Positions 20,333 through 29,597 of a stretch of 64,000 nt of DNA are shown here, piece after piece. The notes beneath the pieces were generated by a model. It saw nothing but the letters and a program-made list of their open reading frames with translations. It was not told the origin of the DNA and did no database searches. Positions within the stretch are counted from its first letter, which is position 1; every line of letters starts with the position of its first letter. The position numbers were made by a program, and so were the translations under genes. The stretch spans positions 132,564 to 196,563 of the forward strand of contig CAVWBT010000005.1 of the NCBI GenBank assembly GCA_963753285.1, read 5' to 3'. The stretch comes from an uncultured bacterium. Its GTDB lineage: Bacteria; Actinomycetota; Acidimicrobiia; Spongiisociales; ZC4RG35.

Positions 20333-22426
20333 GTGGGTAGCGTCGTGACGATGCGGGAACCTTCCGGGAATGATCGACGTCTCTGCGGTGTGCACTCCGC
20401 GTCGCGCCTGTTCGGTCTCTTCCTAATCACCCTGTCGTTCCTGATCCCGGCCGGAACCGGCCGCGCCCAGACCACGATCGATGTCGAGGCCGCAGTGGGC
20501 GTCGACGGTTGGGTCGACTCCACGGCGCCCTTCGCCATCGTGATCACGGTCACGTCCGATGTGCTCTATGACGGCTCGATTCAGGCGACCATGGGCTCGG
20601 TCGCGCTCGCCACGACGGCACAGGTCCCGGCAGGATCGACCAAGGTGTTCGAACTGCTGATGCCTCCGCCCACGTCGTCGGGAGCGATCCGGATCGATCT
20701 GCTCGACGCCGACGGTGATCGAGTCGAGACGGCCCGCGTGACACCACGGTTCGCAACCGACGAGGTGCTGGTCGGAGTCGCCACCGGTGGGCCCGCCGAC
20801 CGGATCGACGGGCTCCGAACGCCCATCGTCGATCGAGATGTGGTCGGGGTGCCCGTCGGCACGGACGATCCGCTGAGCGTGCTCGACTATCTGGTGATCG
20901 ATGCCGTCGGCGAGCGTGAGGTGCGATTCGTCGAGGACGGCGGCATCGTCGTCACCGAAGCGACTCCTCCGGCCGACGCCATCCAGGTCGCTTCCGGCCC
21001 TCCCACGCGCTATCGACTGGGTGAGGGCGAGATGGTGATCGTCGCGTCCCTCGACGATGTCGAGACGTATGCCGGTCTGCTGCTCGCACGAGAACGCAGG
21101 ACCGGTCCGGTCGAGTTCTGGCAGTCACCCGAGCAAGGCCTGTCGGAGGCCGCCACGAATGCCGGCGACGGCGGTGTTCCGGAGCTCCCGTGGCTGTTCG
21201 GGGCGATCATCGGGTACACCGTCCTGATCGGTCCCGTCAACTTCTTCGTGCTGAAGCGGCTGAAACGACGTGACTGGGCATGGGGAACGATTCCGGCGAT
21301 CAGTCTGATGGCGCTCGGCATCTTCTGGCTCGTCGGCGGCCAGCGCCTCGCCGATGCGAGCTTGACTCATGCTGCGGTCATCATCGGCGGCGACCGGCCG
21401 ATCCAACGAACGTCCGTCGTTCTCGCCGTGGGGAGGGAAGGCTCGTACACGCTGGAGTTCGACGAATCGGACATCGTCTATCCGGCGACTCTCGGCAACC
21501 GCTTCGACGAGTTCGGGAGACCGATCGCGACTGCGTCCGGCCAGGTGGTCGGCTCGGAGGTGACGTTCGATCTCCAGCAACTCGGGTTCGCCGGCGTGAA
21601 CACCATCGAAGAGCCCTCGGTCCTTTCGCTGGCCGTCGATTGGGGAGAGGGAGACGACGACCCCGTTCAGGTGACCAACCTCGGCGACTTCAGCTTCTGG
21701 GCGTGGGGTGTCTTCGACGACGGCGCGTTCACCGTCTCCGACGACGTCCTGTTGCCTGGCGCCACCGGTGCGCTGCAGACCCGCGACGCAGCTCGAGGCG
21801 AGTTCTTCGAGCCCGACTTCGGGTTCTTCCTCGGTGACGCAGTGATCAACCAACTCCAGCTGTTCGGCGACGACCGGGCATGGCGCGTGCTGTCTCCGCT
21901 CGGCAACGCGGCTCAGTTCACCCTCGGTGCTTCCGTCGACCGGTTCGTGTTCGGTTTCTCGGAAGACTTCCGACCCGACATCTCCCTCGATGGACGCGCC
22001 GTGACGAGCGAGGGAAACGCCCTCGTGATCGTGCCGGTCGAACGCTCCAGCGTCGCCGGCTCGCAGACCGGGACGCTGCTGGCAATAGGGAGCGGCTTCG
22101 TCGAACCGGGAGGAGCCGGTCCCGGCGTTTCGTTCGTCAGCACGGACGAGATGTGGCTCGGATACCGGCTCCCGATCGGGGTGTCGGCCGCCAGGCTCGA
22201 ATTCATCGATCGGTTCGGGGCCAACGGCCTCGGACAGCAGGCTTGGGACTGGGACGCAGGTGAGCTGGTCGACGTCGCAGTCGATGACGTGCTCGACGGG
22301 CGTTTCATCGATCCCGCCGGCAACGTGATGCTCCGGGTCGGTGCGAACCGCCAGCAGTTCGAAGGCGGGTTCGTGGAGCTCCCCATGTCGCCGGAGTCGT
22401 TCACGCTCGTGTGGGGTGAGCGATGA
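20333..22426 (+). CDS. Large membrane-anchored hypothetical protein of the ABC/MoxR operon
   Basis: Signal/TM segment, extracytoplasmic domains and a central hairpin TM (GYTVLIGPVNFFVLKRLKRRDWAWGTIP). The true start may be slightly downstream. Confidence 0.75.
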   Translation: MGSVVTMREPSGNDRRLCGVHSASRLFGLFLITLSFLIPAGTGRAQTTIDVEAAVGVDGWVDSTAPFAIVITVTSDVLYDGSIQATMGSVALATTAQVPAGSTKVFELLMPPPTSSGAIRIDLLDADGDRVETARVTPRFATDEVLVGVATGGPADRIDGLRTPIVDRDVVGVPVGTDDPLSVLDYLVIDAVGEREVRFVEDGGIVVTEATPPADAIQVASGPPTRYRLGEGEMVIVASLDDVETYAGLLLARERRTGPVEFWQSPEQGLSEAATNAGDGGVPELPWLFGAIIGYTVLIGPVNFFVLKRLKRRDWAWGTIPAISLMALGIFWLVGGQRLADASLTHAAVIIGGDRPIQRTSVVLAVGREGSYTLEFDESDIVYPATLGNRFDEFGRPIATASGQVVGSEVTFDLQQLGFAGVNTIEEPSVLSLAVDWGEGDDDPVQVTNLGDFSFWAWGVFDDGAFTVSDDVLLPGATGALQTRDAARGEFFEPDFGFFLGDAVINQLQLFGDDRAWRVLSPLGNAAQFTLGASVDRFVFGFSEDFRPDISLDGRAVTSEGNALVIVPVERSSVAGSQTGTLLAIGSGFVEPGGAGPGVSFVSTDEMWLGYRLPIGVSAARLEFIDRFGANGLGQQAWDWDAGELVDVAVDDVLDGRFIDPAGNVMLRVGANRQQFEGGFVELPMSPESFTLVWGER

Positions 22427-23352
22427 TCGTCGAGTTCGCCGGTGTCGAGAAGCACTATGGCGACGTCACCGCGCTCGGAGGAGTCGACCTCTCGATCCCG
22501 GAAGGGTCGATCACTGGCCTGATCGGACCCAACGGTGCCGGCAAGACCACCTCCATGCTCGTCATGAGCACGCTGCTCGAACGGGACGCCGGCAAGGTGA
22601 TGGTCGCCGGAGTCGATCCCGAGACCGATCCCCGTGCCGTTCGCCGCCTGCTGGGGTGGATGCCCGACTTCTTCGGCTTCTACGATTCACTGACGACTCG
22701 CGAGTACTTGGACTTCTTCGCCGCCGCCCAGAAGATCCCCGCCGCCAAGCGTCCCGCGATCATCTCGGATTTGTTGGAGTTGGTCGATCTGACCGAAAAG
22801 GTCGACGCGGACGTCAACTCGCTGTCCCGGGGCATGAAGCAACGTTTGTCGCTCGCCCGGTCACTCGTGCACGACCCCGATCTGCTCATCCTCGACGAGC
22901 CCGCCTCGGGCCTCGACCCTCGGGCGCGGGTCCAGTTGCGAGAGCTGATCGCCGAGCTCAGCCGACTCGGCAAGACCGTGATCATCTCTTCTCACATCCT
23001 GGCGGAACTCGAGGGGATCTGCTCGCACATGGCGGTCATCGACGACGGCGTGGTGAAGGCGCAGGGGTCGATGGACGAGATCCGGGCTGCAGCGACCGGC
23101 AGCCGCCGGGTGGCGGCCCGAGTTCCCGACGCTCGCGTGGACGAGGCGATCTCGGTTCTGACGTCTGCTCACGACGTGACCGATGTCGTGGTCGAGAAGG
23201 GTGTGCTCGGGTTTCTCCTCGCCGGTGACGACGAGGCTTCAGCCAGACAACTCGCGGACCTGGTCGCAGAGGGCGTGCCGGTCTATGAGTGGCGGGTCGA
23301 GGCGGCCGGTCTCGAAGAGCTGTTCATGCAGCTCACGAGGGATGAGCCATGA
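22423..23352 (+). CDS. ABC transporter ATP-binding protein
   Basis: GPNGAGKTT, LSRGMKQRL, LILDEP, SSH. Confidence 0.96.
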   Translation: MIVEFAGVEKHYGDVTALGGVDLSIPEGSITGLIGPNGAGKTTSMLVMSTLLERDAGKVMVAGVDPETDPRAVRRLLGWMPDFFGFYDSLTTREYLDFFAAAQKIPAAKRPAIISDLLELVDLTEKVDADVNSLSRGMKQRLSLARSLVHDPDLLILDEPASGLDPRARVQLRELIAELSRLGKTVIISSHILAELEGICSHMAVIDDGVVKAQGSMDEIRAAATGSRRVAARVPDARVDEAISVLTSAHDVTDVVVEKGVLGFLLAGDDEASARQLADLVAEGVPVYEWRVEAAGLEELFMQLTRDEP

Positions 23353-24386
23353 ACCCGGTGTTGGCTCGTGAGACGAAGGAGCGCTTCCGTGGCAAGCGGA
23401 CGATGCCGTGGCTGCTCATCATCTGGATCCTGGCGATCGGGCTGATCGCCTATCTGCTGTTCATCATCGCACGGGAGATCGCCCAGAGCCAGTTCGGTCT
23501 CGGTCAGGCGCTGGCGTCCGGCTTCATGGGTCGGTTTCTGTTCGAGTCGATGACCATCCTGGTCGTCACGGCGGTCGTGATGGTGGTCCCCGGCCTCACG
23601 GCGCTGAGCATCATCGGGGAGCGGGAGCGTCAGACGTTCCACCTGCTCCAGGTCACCCAGATGTCACCGTACCAACTCGTACTCGGCAAGCTCAGTTCGT
23701 CGATTGCGTACTTCGGCGTCCTGATCGTCGCGGTGCTCCCGATCGTGGCGCTCCCGATGATCTTTGGAGGCACCACCTTCACCGATGTCGCCGTCGCACT
23801 CGCCTTCGTTGCGTTGCTCACGGTCATGCTCGGATCGGTCTCCATGTGGATGTCCGCTCGTGCGAAGTCCAGTCGCGGCGCCGTGGCGATGTCCTATGCG
23901 ATCGCGTTTCTCATCGCCTTCCTCAGCTTCGCCGGTCTCGGGGCCGAATACTTCTTCGCGCTCGACGATCGTGGCAACCTGCCGAACGAAGGCGTCGAGT
24001 CCGTGTCGGCCTGGATCAATCCGTATTTCGCGCTCGCCTCGGCCGTCGCAGCTCCGCTCGAGATCGGTCAGGATCGCTTCTTCGCCAGCCCGTACACGCC
24101 CCTCGAGCTCCACCTGTTCGCCCGACAGGGCGCCGCTGGAGCGGCCGACCTCGGTGGCGGGCAGGTCGAGCCCGGAGCCATTCGGATCGAGAACGGACGT
24201 CAGTTCGTGAACTACACCCGCCCACCGCTCTGGGTGTACACGACGATCATCTACGTACTGCTGATCGGCCTGGGGCTGTGGCGCGCCACAGCGATCGTCA
24301 CGGCGCCCTCGACCCGGGTGCGGGCGCGCAATGGCAAGAAGAAACCCGAATCGACGACTGAGGCGGTGGTCGATGGCACTGCCTGA
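23349..24386 (+). CDS. ABC-2 type permease
   Basis: MNPVLARE start, IIGERERQTFHLL..T motif, multiple TM helices. Confidence 0.88.
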   Translation: MNPVLARETKERFRGKRTMPWLLIIWILAIGLIAYLLFIIAREIAQSQFGLGQALASGFMGRFLFESMTILVVTAVVMVVPGLTALSIIGERERQTFHLLQVTQMSPYQLVLGKLSSSIAYFGVLIVAVLPIVALPMIFGGTTFTDVAVALAFVALLTVMLGSVSMWMSARAKSSRGAVAMSYAIAFLIAFLSFAGLGAEYFFALDDRGNLPNEGVESVSAWINPYFALASAVAAPLEIGQDRFFASPYTPLELHLFARQGAAGAADLGGGQVEPGAIRIENGRQFVNYTRPPLWVYTTIIYVLLIGLGLWRATAIVTAPSTRVRARNGKKKPESTTEAVVDGTA

Positions 24387-25953
24387 ATCGGTGCGACGAC
24401 TGATCGATGCCGCACGGCGGCGATTGACCGTCATGGGCCTCCTGTCCGCGATCGCCGTTGCGACCGCGGTTGCCGGCGCACTTGCGGCGTTGCTCCTCGG
24501 CCTGTCGAGAGTCACCGTGATCCTCTGGGCGGAGCCCGTCGCCTGGACCCTGATCGGATCGGCGACCATCGGCGCCTTCCTCGTTGCGCTGATCCGCAGA
24601 CCGAGCCGCATGAGCGCTGCGCTGGTGGTCGATCGGAAGCTGGGCGGATTCGACCGTGTGACAACCACAGTCGAATTGACCGAGCGGGACGCCGATCTGT
24701 CCGAAGCGGAGGCACGAGTGGTTCGCTCCGCCGAGTCCTGGTCGCAGTCGCGCCGGGTCGATCGGCTCGGCAGTCTGGTCCCGCGTCGCCCGCTTCCGCA
24801 GCTGGCCGCGCTCACCCTCGCGGCTTCGCTGGTAATGACCGTGCTTCCCTCTACCACCGACGAGGCCGCCGCCACGATCAGGGCGGAGCGCGGGCGGATC
24901 GAGGTCGAGGCCGAGGCGATCGAGCAACTGGCCGAAGACGCACCCGCTGAGCTCGCCGACGACCTCGACGCTCTGGCAGAGGAGCTCCGAGCGGCCGAGT
25001 CGATCGACGAAGCCCTCGAAATGCTCGGCGATGCCCGCGAGGAGTTGCTGGCGGCGCTCGACCCCGGAGCACTGGCAAAGAAGACGGCGTTGGCCGGGTT
25101 GGAGCAGTCCCTCGCCTCCGATCCGCTGGCCCCGGGTGAGAGCGCAGCCGATCAGCTCGAGGCGCTGGCAGATCGGCTCGATGGACTGTCCCGAGAGGAA
25201 GCGGCGGCCGCCGCTTCGGAACTCGCCGAGCGTGCCGAGGACTTCGCGGGGGTCGATTCCGAGCTGAGCCGTGCCCTCGAGGACGCTGCCGACGGGCTGC
25301 GCATCGTCGCCAGCGCGCAGAGCGGGCGCGACATCACGGCCGAGGCGCTGCAACGCGCTGCAGACGGCGTCCGTCGTGTCACCGGAGAAGTGACTGAGGC
25401 AACGGCCCAGGCCGGCGCAGCCGGCCAGCTGCGAGAGGCGCAGCGGCGTCTCGACGGCGGATCGGATGGAGGAGAGGCCGAAGGTTCGGGCGATGGCGAC
25501 GGGGAGGGATCCGGCTCGGGCAGCGGTCAAGGGCAGGGCAGCGGCCAGGGTTCGGGACAAGGCAGCGGTCAGGGTCAGGGATCGGGCGGTGGCGGGGGTG
25601 GCCAGGGCCAGGGAGGACAGTCCGGCGCGGGCACGGGATCCGGCTCCGGCTCCGGCCAGGTGCCGTCCGGAACGGGCGATGACGACCCGTTCGCCCAGCC
25701 CTCGCGCGGGGACATCTTCGACCCTGCGGATTTCTCGGCGGGAGACGAGGTTCGGATCCCGATCGACGGAAGCGACCCGGGCGATCTGCTCGGGACCACG
25801 TCGGGCAGCGGCATCTCCAACGATGCCGTGGTGCCGTACAGCCGGCGTTTCGCCGAGTACGAGCGGACTGCGCTCGAGTCGCTCGACTCGCTGACGGTCA
25901 CGCCCGGTATCGAGGCGATCGTCCGCGACTACTTCACCCGATTGGAGCCATGA
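24373..25953 (+). CDS. Membrane-anchored coiled-coil protein with Gly/Ser/Gln-rich linker
   Basis: N-terminal TMs, a long Ala/Glu/Leu heptad region, GSGQG repeats and a conserved-looking tail VVPYSRRFAEY...VRDYF. Confidence 0.75.
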   Translation: MALPESVRRLIDAARRRLTVMGLLSAIAVATAVAGALAALLLGLSRVTVILWAEPVAWTLIGSATIGAFLVALIRRPSRMSAALVVDRKLGGFDRVTTTVELTERDADLSEAEARVVRSAESWSQSRRVDRLGSLVPRRPLPQLAALTLAASLVMTVLPSTTDEAAATIRAERGRIEVEAEAIEQLAEDAPAELADDLDALAEELRAAESIDEALEMLGDAREELLAALDPGALAKKTALAGLEQSLASDPLAPGESAADQLEALADRLDGLSREEAAAAASELAERAEDFAGVDSELSRALEDAADGLRIVASAQSGRDITAEALQRAADGVRRVTGEVTEATAQAGAAGQLREAQRRLDGGSDGGEAEGSGDGDGEGSGSGSGQGQGSGQGSGQGSGQGQGSGGGGGGQGQGGQSGAGTGSGSGSGQVPSGTGDDDPFAQPSRGDIFDPADFSAGDEVRIPIDGSDPGDLLGTTSGSGISNDAVVPYSRRFAEYERTALESLDSLTVTPGIEAIVRDYFTRLEP

Positions 25954-25957
25954 ACCC

Positions 25958-26932
25958 ATGGGCACACAGATGAACCCCGAGGAATTCGCCACGGCCATCG
26001 AGTCCGCCCGATCGGCGGTCGGCTCGGTCATCGTCGGCCAGCGACAGCTGGTCGACACGGTGCTGATGGCGACGCTGTGCGAAGGGCATGTCCTGTTGGA
26101 GGGAGTGCCCGGATTGGGCAAGACCAAGCTGCTGTCCACCCTGGGCGACGTCCTCGACGTCGCCTTCGGACGCATCCAGTTCACGCCCGACCTGATGCCC
26201 GCCGACATCCTCGGCACCAAGATCCTCGAAGGCTCGGCGTTCGCGTTCCAGCCCGGACCGGTCTTCAACAACCTCGTGCTCGCCGACGAGATCAACCGTG
26301 CCACGCCCAAGACCCAATCGGCCCTGCTCGAAGCGATGCAGGAGCGGCGGGTCACCCTCAGCGGCGAGACGCACGATCTGCCCCGCCCGTTCATGGTGAT
26401 GGCCACCCAGAATCCGATCGAACAGGAAGGCACCTACCCGTTGCCCGAGGCGCAGCTCGATCGATTCATGTTCAAGGAGATCGTGCTCTTTCCTCCGGCG
26501 GACGACATCGTGGAGATCTTGAGACGGACGACCGGCACCAGCGAGGCGACCGCGTCGTCGACCCTCGACGCCACCACACTCTCGCGCATGTCGGAGATGG
26601 TGCGGGACCTGCCGATCGGAACCCATCTCCTGAGGTACGCCGCCGCCCTCGTCGAAGCCACCCATCCCGTGTCGCCGTCAGCCCCCGAGCGCGTGCGGAC
26701 CTACGTCCGCAACGGCGCCTCACCACGTGGCGCACAGGCGATGGTGCTGGCGGGCAAGGCGTCCGCCCTGATGGACGGACGCGTCAACGTGGCGGCCGAG
26801 GATCTCTGGTCGGTCGCCGTCAGGTGTCTCCGGCATCGGCTCGTGCTCGGATACGACGCCATTGCCGACGGGGTGGCCGCCGACGAGTTGATCGCCGACG
26901 TGCTCGAGGCATTGCCGACCCCCGCAGTCTGA
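25958..26932 (+). CDS. moxR: MoxR-family AAA+ ATPase
   Basis: EGVPGLGKT, RIQFTPDLMPADI, LADEINRATPKTQSALLEAMQE, ATQNPIEQEGTYPLPEAQLDRF, GASPRG. Confidence 0.96.
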   Translation: MGTQMNPEEFATAIESARSAVGSVIVGQRQLVDTVLMATLCEGHVLLEGVPGLGKTKLLSTLGDVLDVAFGRIQFTPDLMPADILGTKILEGSAFAFQPGPVFNNLVLADEINRATPKTQSALLEAMQERRVTLSGETHDLPRPFMVMATQNPIEQEGTYPLPEAQLDRFMFKEIVLFPPADDIVEILRRTTGTSEATASSTLDATTLSRMSEMVRDLPIGTHLLRYAAALVEATHPVSPSAPERVRTYVRNGASPRGAQAMVLAGKASALMDGRVNVAAEDLWSVAVRCLRHRLVLGYDAIADGVAADELIADVLEALPTPAV

Positions 26933-27798
26933 TGCTGCTCGATCACGAACTCCGCGGACGTCTCGACCGGCTGTCGCTGATGACGCACGGGCGGATCCGC
27001 TCGGTCTACACCGGGCGACATGCCTCGCGCCATCTGGGTGAGAGCCTCGACTTCGCCGACTACCGCGAGTACGTGCCGGGTGACGACTTCCGGAAGATCG
27101 ACCACCAGCTGTGGGCCAGGCTCGGCCAGGTTCTCGTCAGGCGGTTCGAAGCCGAAGAGGATCTCACCGTCACGGTGTTGATCGATGCCACCGCCTCGAT
27201 GGGCATGTACGGGAAGTTCGACGTGGCACGTCACATCGCCGCGATCGTCTCGTACCTGGCGCTGTCGAGTGGCGACCGCGTCGTTCCGGTGCTGCTCGGC
27301 GGATCGGGACGGCAGGCGACACGCGGTCCGGTCGGCCGGCACCGTTCGGCCTGGCCTGAGATCGAGCGATGGCTCGAGAGTCTCTCGCCTGCAGGTGCGG
27401 TGCCGCTGGCACCCGCGATCCGCGGGGTCGTCGGACCGGTCGCCGGGTCGGGGGCCGTGGTGGTGATCAGCGACCTGCTCGACGCCGAGTGGGAGCGGGC
27501 GCTCGATGGCGCCGGGTTGGGCGTGGGCGGCGTGGTGGCGCATGTCCTCGCTCCCGAGGAGCTCGAGCCCCGGGTCGTCGGTGACCTGCGCCTCGTCGAC
27601 GTCGAGACCGGTGCGCATGTCGAGGCCTCGACTTCGGCTTCGATGCTCGACGCCTACGCCGAAGCAGCGGAGCGCTTCATCGACGGCGTCGCGGGACGAT
27701 CCAGGCGCGGGGGCCTCGATCACGTGCTGGTGCAGGTAGCCGACGGCGCCGGCGAGCGTTTCCTCCGTCGGCTGGTGGAATCGGCGGCGGTCACATGA
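26932..27798 (+). CDS. DUF58 domain protein
   Basis: GESLDFADYREYVPGDDFRKIDH, VLIDATASM, ISDLL; TGATG overlap with moxR. Confidence 0.92.
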   Translation: MLLDHELRGRLDRLSLMTHGRIRSVYTGRHASRHLGESLDFADYREYVPGDDFRKIDHQLWARLGQVLVRRFEAEEDLTVTVLIDATASMGMYGKFDVARHIAAIVSYLALSSGDRVVPVLLGGSGRQATRGPVGRHRSAWPEIERWLESLSPAGAVPLAPAIRGVVGPVAGSGAVVVISDLLDAEWERALDGAGLGVGGVVAHVLAPEELEPRVVGDLRLVDVETGAHVEASTSASMLDAYAEAAERFIDGVAGRSRRGGLDHVLVQVADGAGERFLRRLVESAAVT

Positions 27799-29597
27799 AC
27801 CTGCTCGCCCCCGCCGCGCTCGCCCTGGGATCGTTGGCGATCCCGCTCATCGTGCTCTACATGCTCCGCAGCCGTCGACAACGGCTCGAGGTGTCGAGTG
27901 TGCTGCTGTGGCAGCGCGCCGACGAGAGCGTGACCTCGGCCGTGCCCTGGCGGCGGCTCGAGTTCTCGCCGCTGCTGCTCCTTCAGCTCGCGGTGCTTGC
28001 GCTCCTGGTCCTTGCCCTTGCCAGGCCGTTCTTCTCCCAGGAATCGCTGCTGGGTCCGCACACGGTGCTGGTGATCGACAGTTCGGGTTCCATGGCGGCC
28101 GCAGATCGCTTCGACAAGGCGATCGAACGGGCGAGGCAGATCAGCGCCGACGTCTCCGATGCAAACCTCGTCTCGGTCGTCGAGGCGGGTCCGCGGGCCG
28201 CCGTCGTCGCGACCTTTCTCCGGACCGAAGCGGCCGTCGAGCAGGCCCTGTCGTCGATCGACGTCACCGGAGGGGCGGCCGACCTCGACGGCGCCATCCG
28301 ACTGGGTCGCTCGCTCGCCACCCCCGATCGACCAACGAATCTCGTGCTCCTCACCGACGGCTCGTCGACACCGCTCGCCACCGAGCCGGTCGTCGGCGCC
28401 GATCACATCCGCTTCTCCGACACGGCCGACAATCTGTCGATCAGTGGGTTCTCGGTGGAGCCCTCCGCCGAGGGCGTCGTGCGGTTGTTCGTCAACGTGA
28501 CCAACCACACCGGTATTGCCGCCGATGTCGAGCTGCGGTTACTGGTCAACGGCCTTCCGTCCGGAACGGTCGAATTCGGTGTGCCGCCACTGTCGGATGC
28601 CGCCCGCACCGTTCCGATCGACGCCGGTGCCGGTGATCTCGTCGTCGTGGAGCGAGTCGGCGAGCCCGACGGGCTGGCACTCGACGACCGGGCCTCGATC
28701 GTCGTCGTGGGAGGCGCCGAGCGGACGGTCGGCGTGGTCGGACAGGGATCGCCGTTCCTCGACGTCCTCGTCGACATCGCTCCGGGCTTCGTGTCCGGTG
28801 ACCCGGCCGACGCCGACGTGCTGATCGTCGATGGTGGCCCGCTGCCGGAGATCGACCGCCCGACCTGGCTGATCCGGCCCGAGACGGCCCCGGCCGGAGT
28901 CGAGTTCGACGAGATCGCCACCGGTCTCGCTGCCACGTTCCAGTCTCCCGGTGAGCCCATCCTGGATGCGGTCGACCTGTCGGGGCTGGTCGTTGCGGAG
29001 GCCCAGGTGGCCGAGACGTTCTCGTGGCTGCCGATCGTGCGGGCCGGCGACGTGCCGCTCGTGCTCCTGGGCGAGGTCAACGGTCACCGCGTCGCGTACT
29101 TCACATTCGACATCACCCGTTCGAACCTCCCGGTCCAGGTCGGCTTCCCGATCATGGGAAGTCGGATCCTCGATTGGCTCGGCGGAGCCTCTGCGGGCGC
29201 CACAGACACGGCTCCGGCGGGCACGCCGATCCCCATCTCTCCGCCGGCCGGGGCGACGACCGAGGTGACGAGAGACGGTGTCGTCGTGGCCGAACTGGCC
29301 GACCCCGTTCTCTCGTTCGACGACACCGGCACGCCCGGGGTCTATCGCGTGTCCTACCTGGCCGACGGTGACGAAGTCGCCGGTCCCGTCGCCGTGCGCT
29401 CGTTCGACCGCCAGGAATCGGTGGCCGGATCACGGGACATCGCCGTCGTTGCGGCCGACTCGGCGACGACGGGCGAGGGCTCGATCATCAGAGAGTGGGC
29501 TCCGTCGGTGGTGGCCGCGACGATCGCCATCGTGCTCTTCGAGTGGTGGTTCGCCCATCGCCGGCGCAGGACCCGCACCGTGGAGGTGGCCACGTGA
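27795..29597 (+). CDS. BatA-N + vWA domain membrane protein
   Basis: IPLIVLYML...VSSVLLW (BatA), MIDAS DSSGSM, LLTDG, C-terminal TM. Confidence 0.88.
   Translation: MNLLAPAALALGSLAIPLIVLYMLRSRRQRLEVSSVLLWQRADESVTSAVPWRRLEFSPLLLLQLAVLALLVLALARPFFSQESLLGPHTVLVIDSSGSMAAADRFDKAIERARQISADVSDANLVSVVEAGPRAAVVATFLRTEAAVEQALSSIDVTGGAADLDGAIRLGRSLATPDRPTNLVLLTDGSSTPLATEPVVGADHIRFSDTADNLSISGFSVEPSAEGVVRLFVNVTNHTGIAADVELRLLVNGLPSGTVEFGVPPLSDAARTVPIDAGAGDLVVVERVGEPDGLALDDRASIVVVGGAERTVGVVGQGSPFLDVLVDIAPGFVSGDPADADVLIVDGGPLPEIDRPTWLIRPETAPAGVEFDEIATGLAATFQSPGEPILDAVDLSGLVVAEAQVAETFSWLPIVRAGDVPLVLLGEVNGHRVAYFTFDITRSNLPVQVGFPIMGSRILDWLGGASAGATDTAPAGTPIPISPPAGATTEVTRDGVVVAELADPVLSFDDTGTPGVYRVSYLADGDEVAGPVAVRSFDRQESVAGSRDIAVVAADSATTGEGSIIREWAPSVVAATIAIVLFEWWFAHRRRRTRTVEVAT

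Noticed and set aside
23664-26433. Long antisense ORFs (e.g. 711 aa at 24298-26433, and many others in the track)
   Set aside because: Shadow frames of real genes in high-GC DNA; Arg/Gly/Pro-rich with no motifs.
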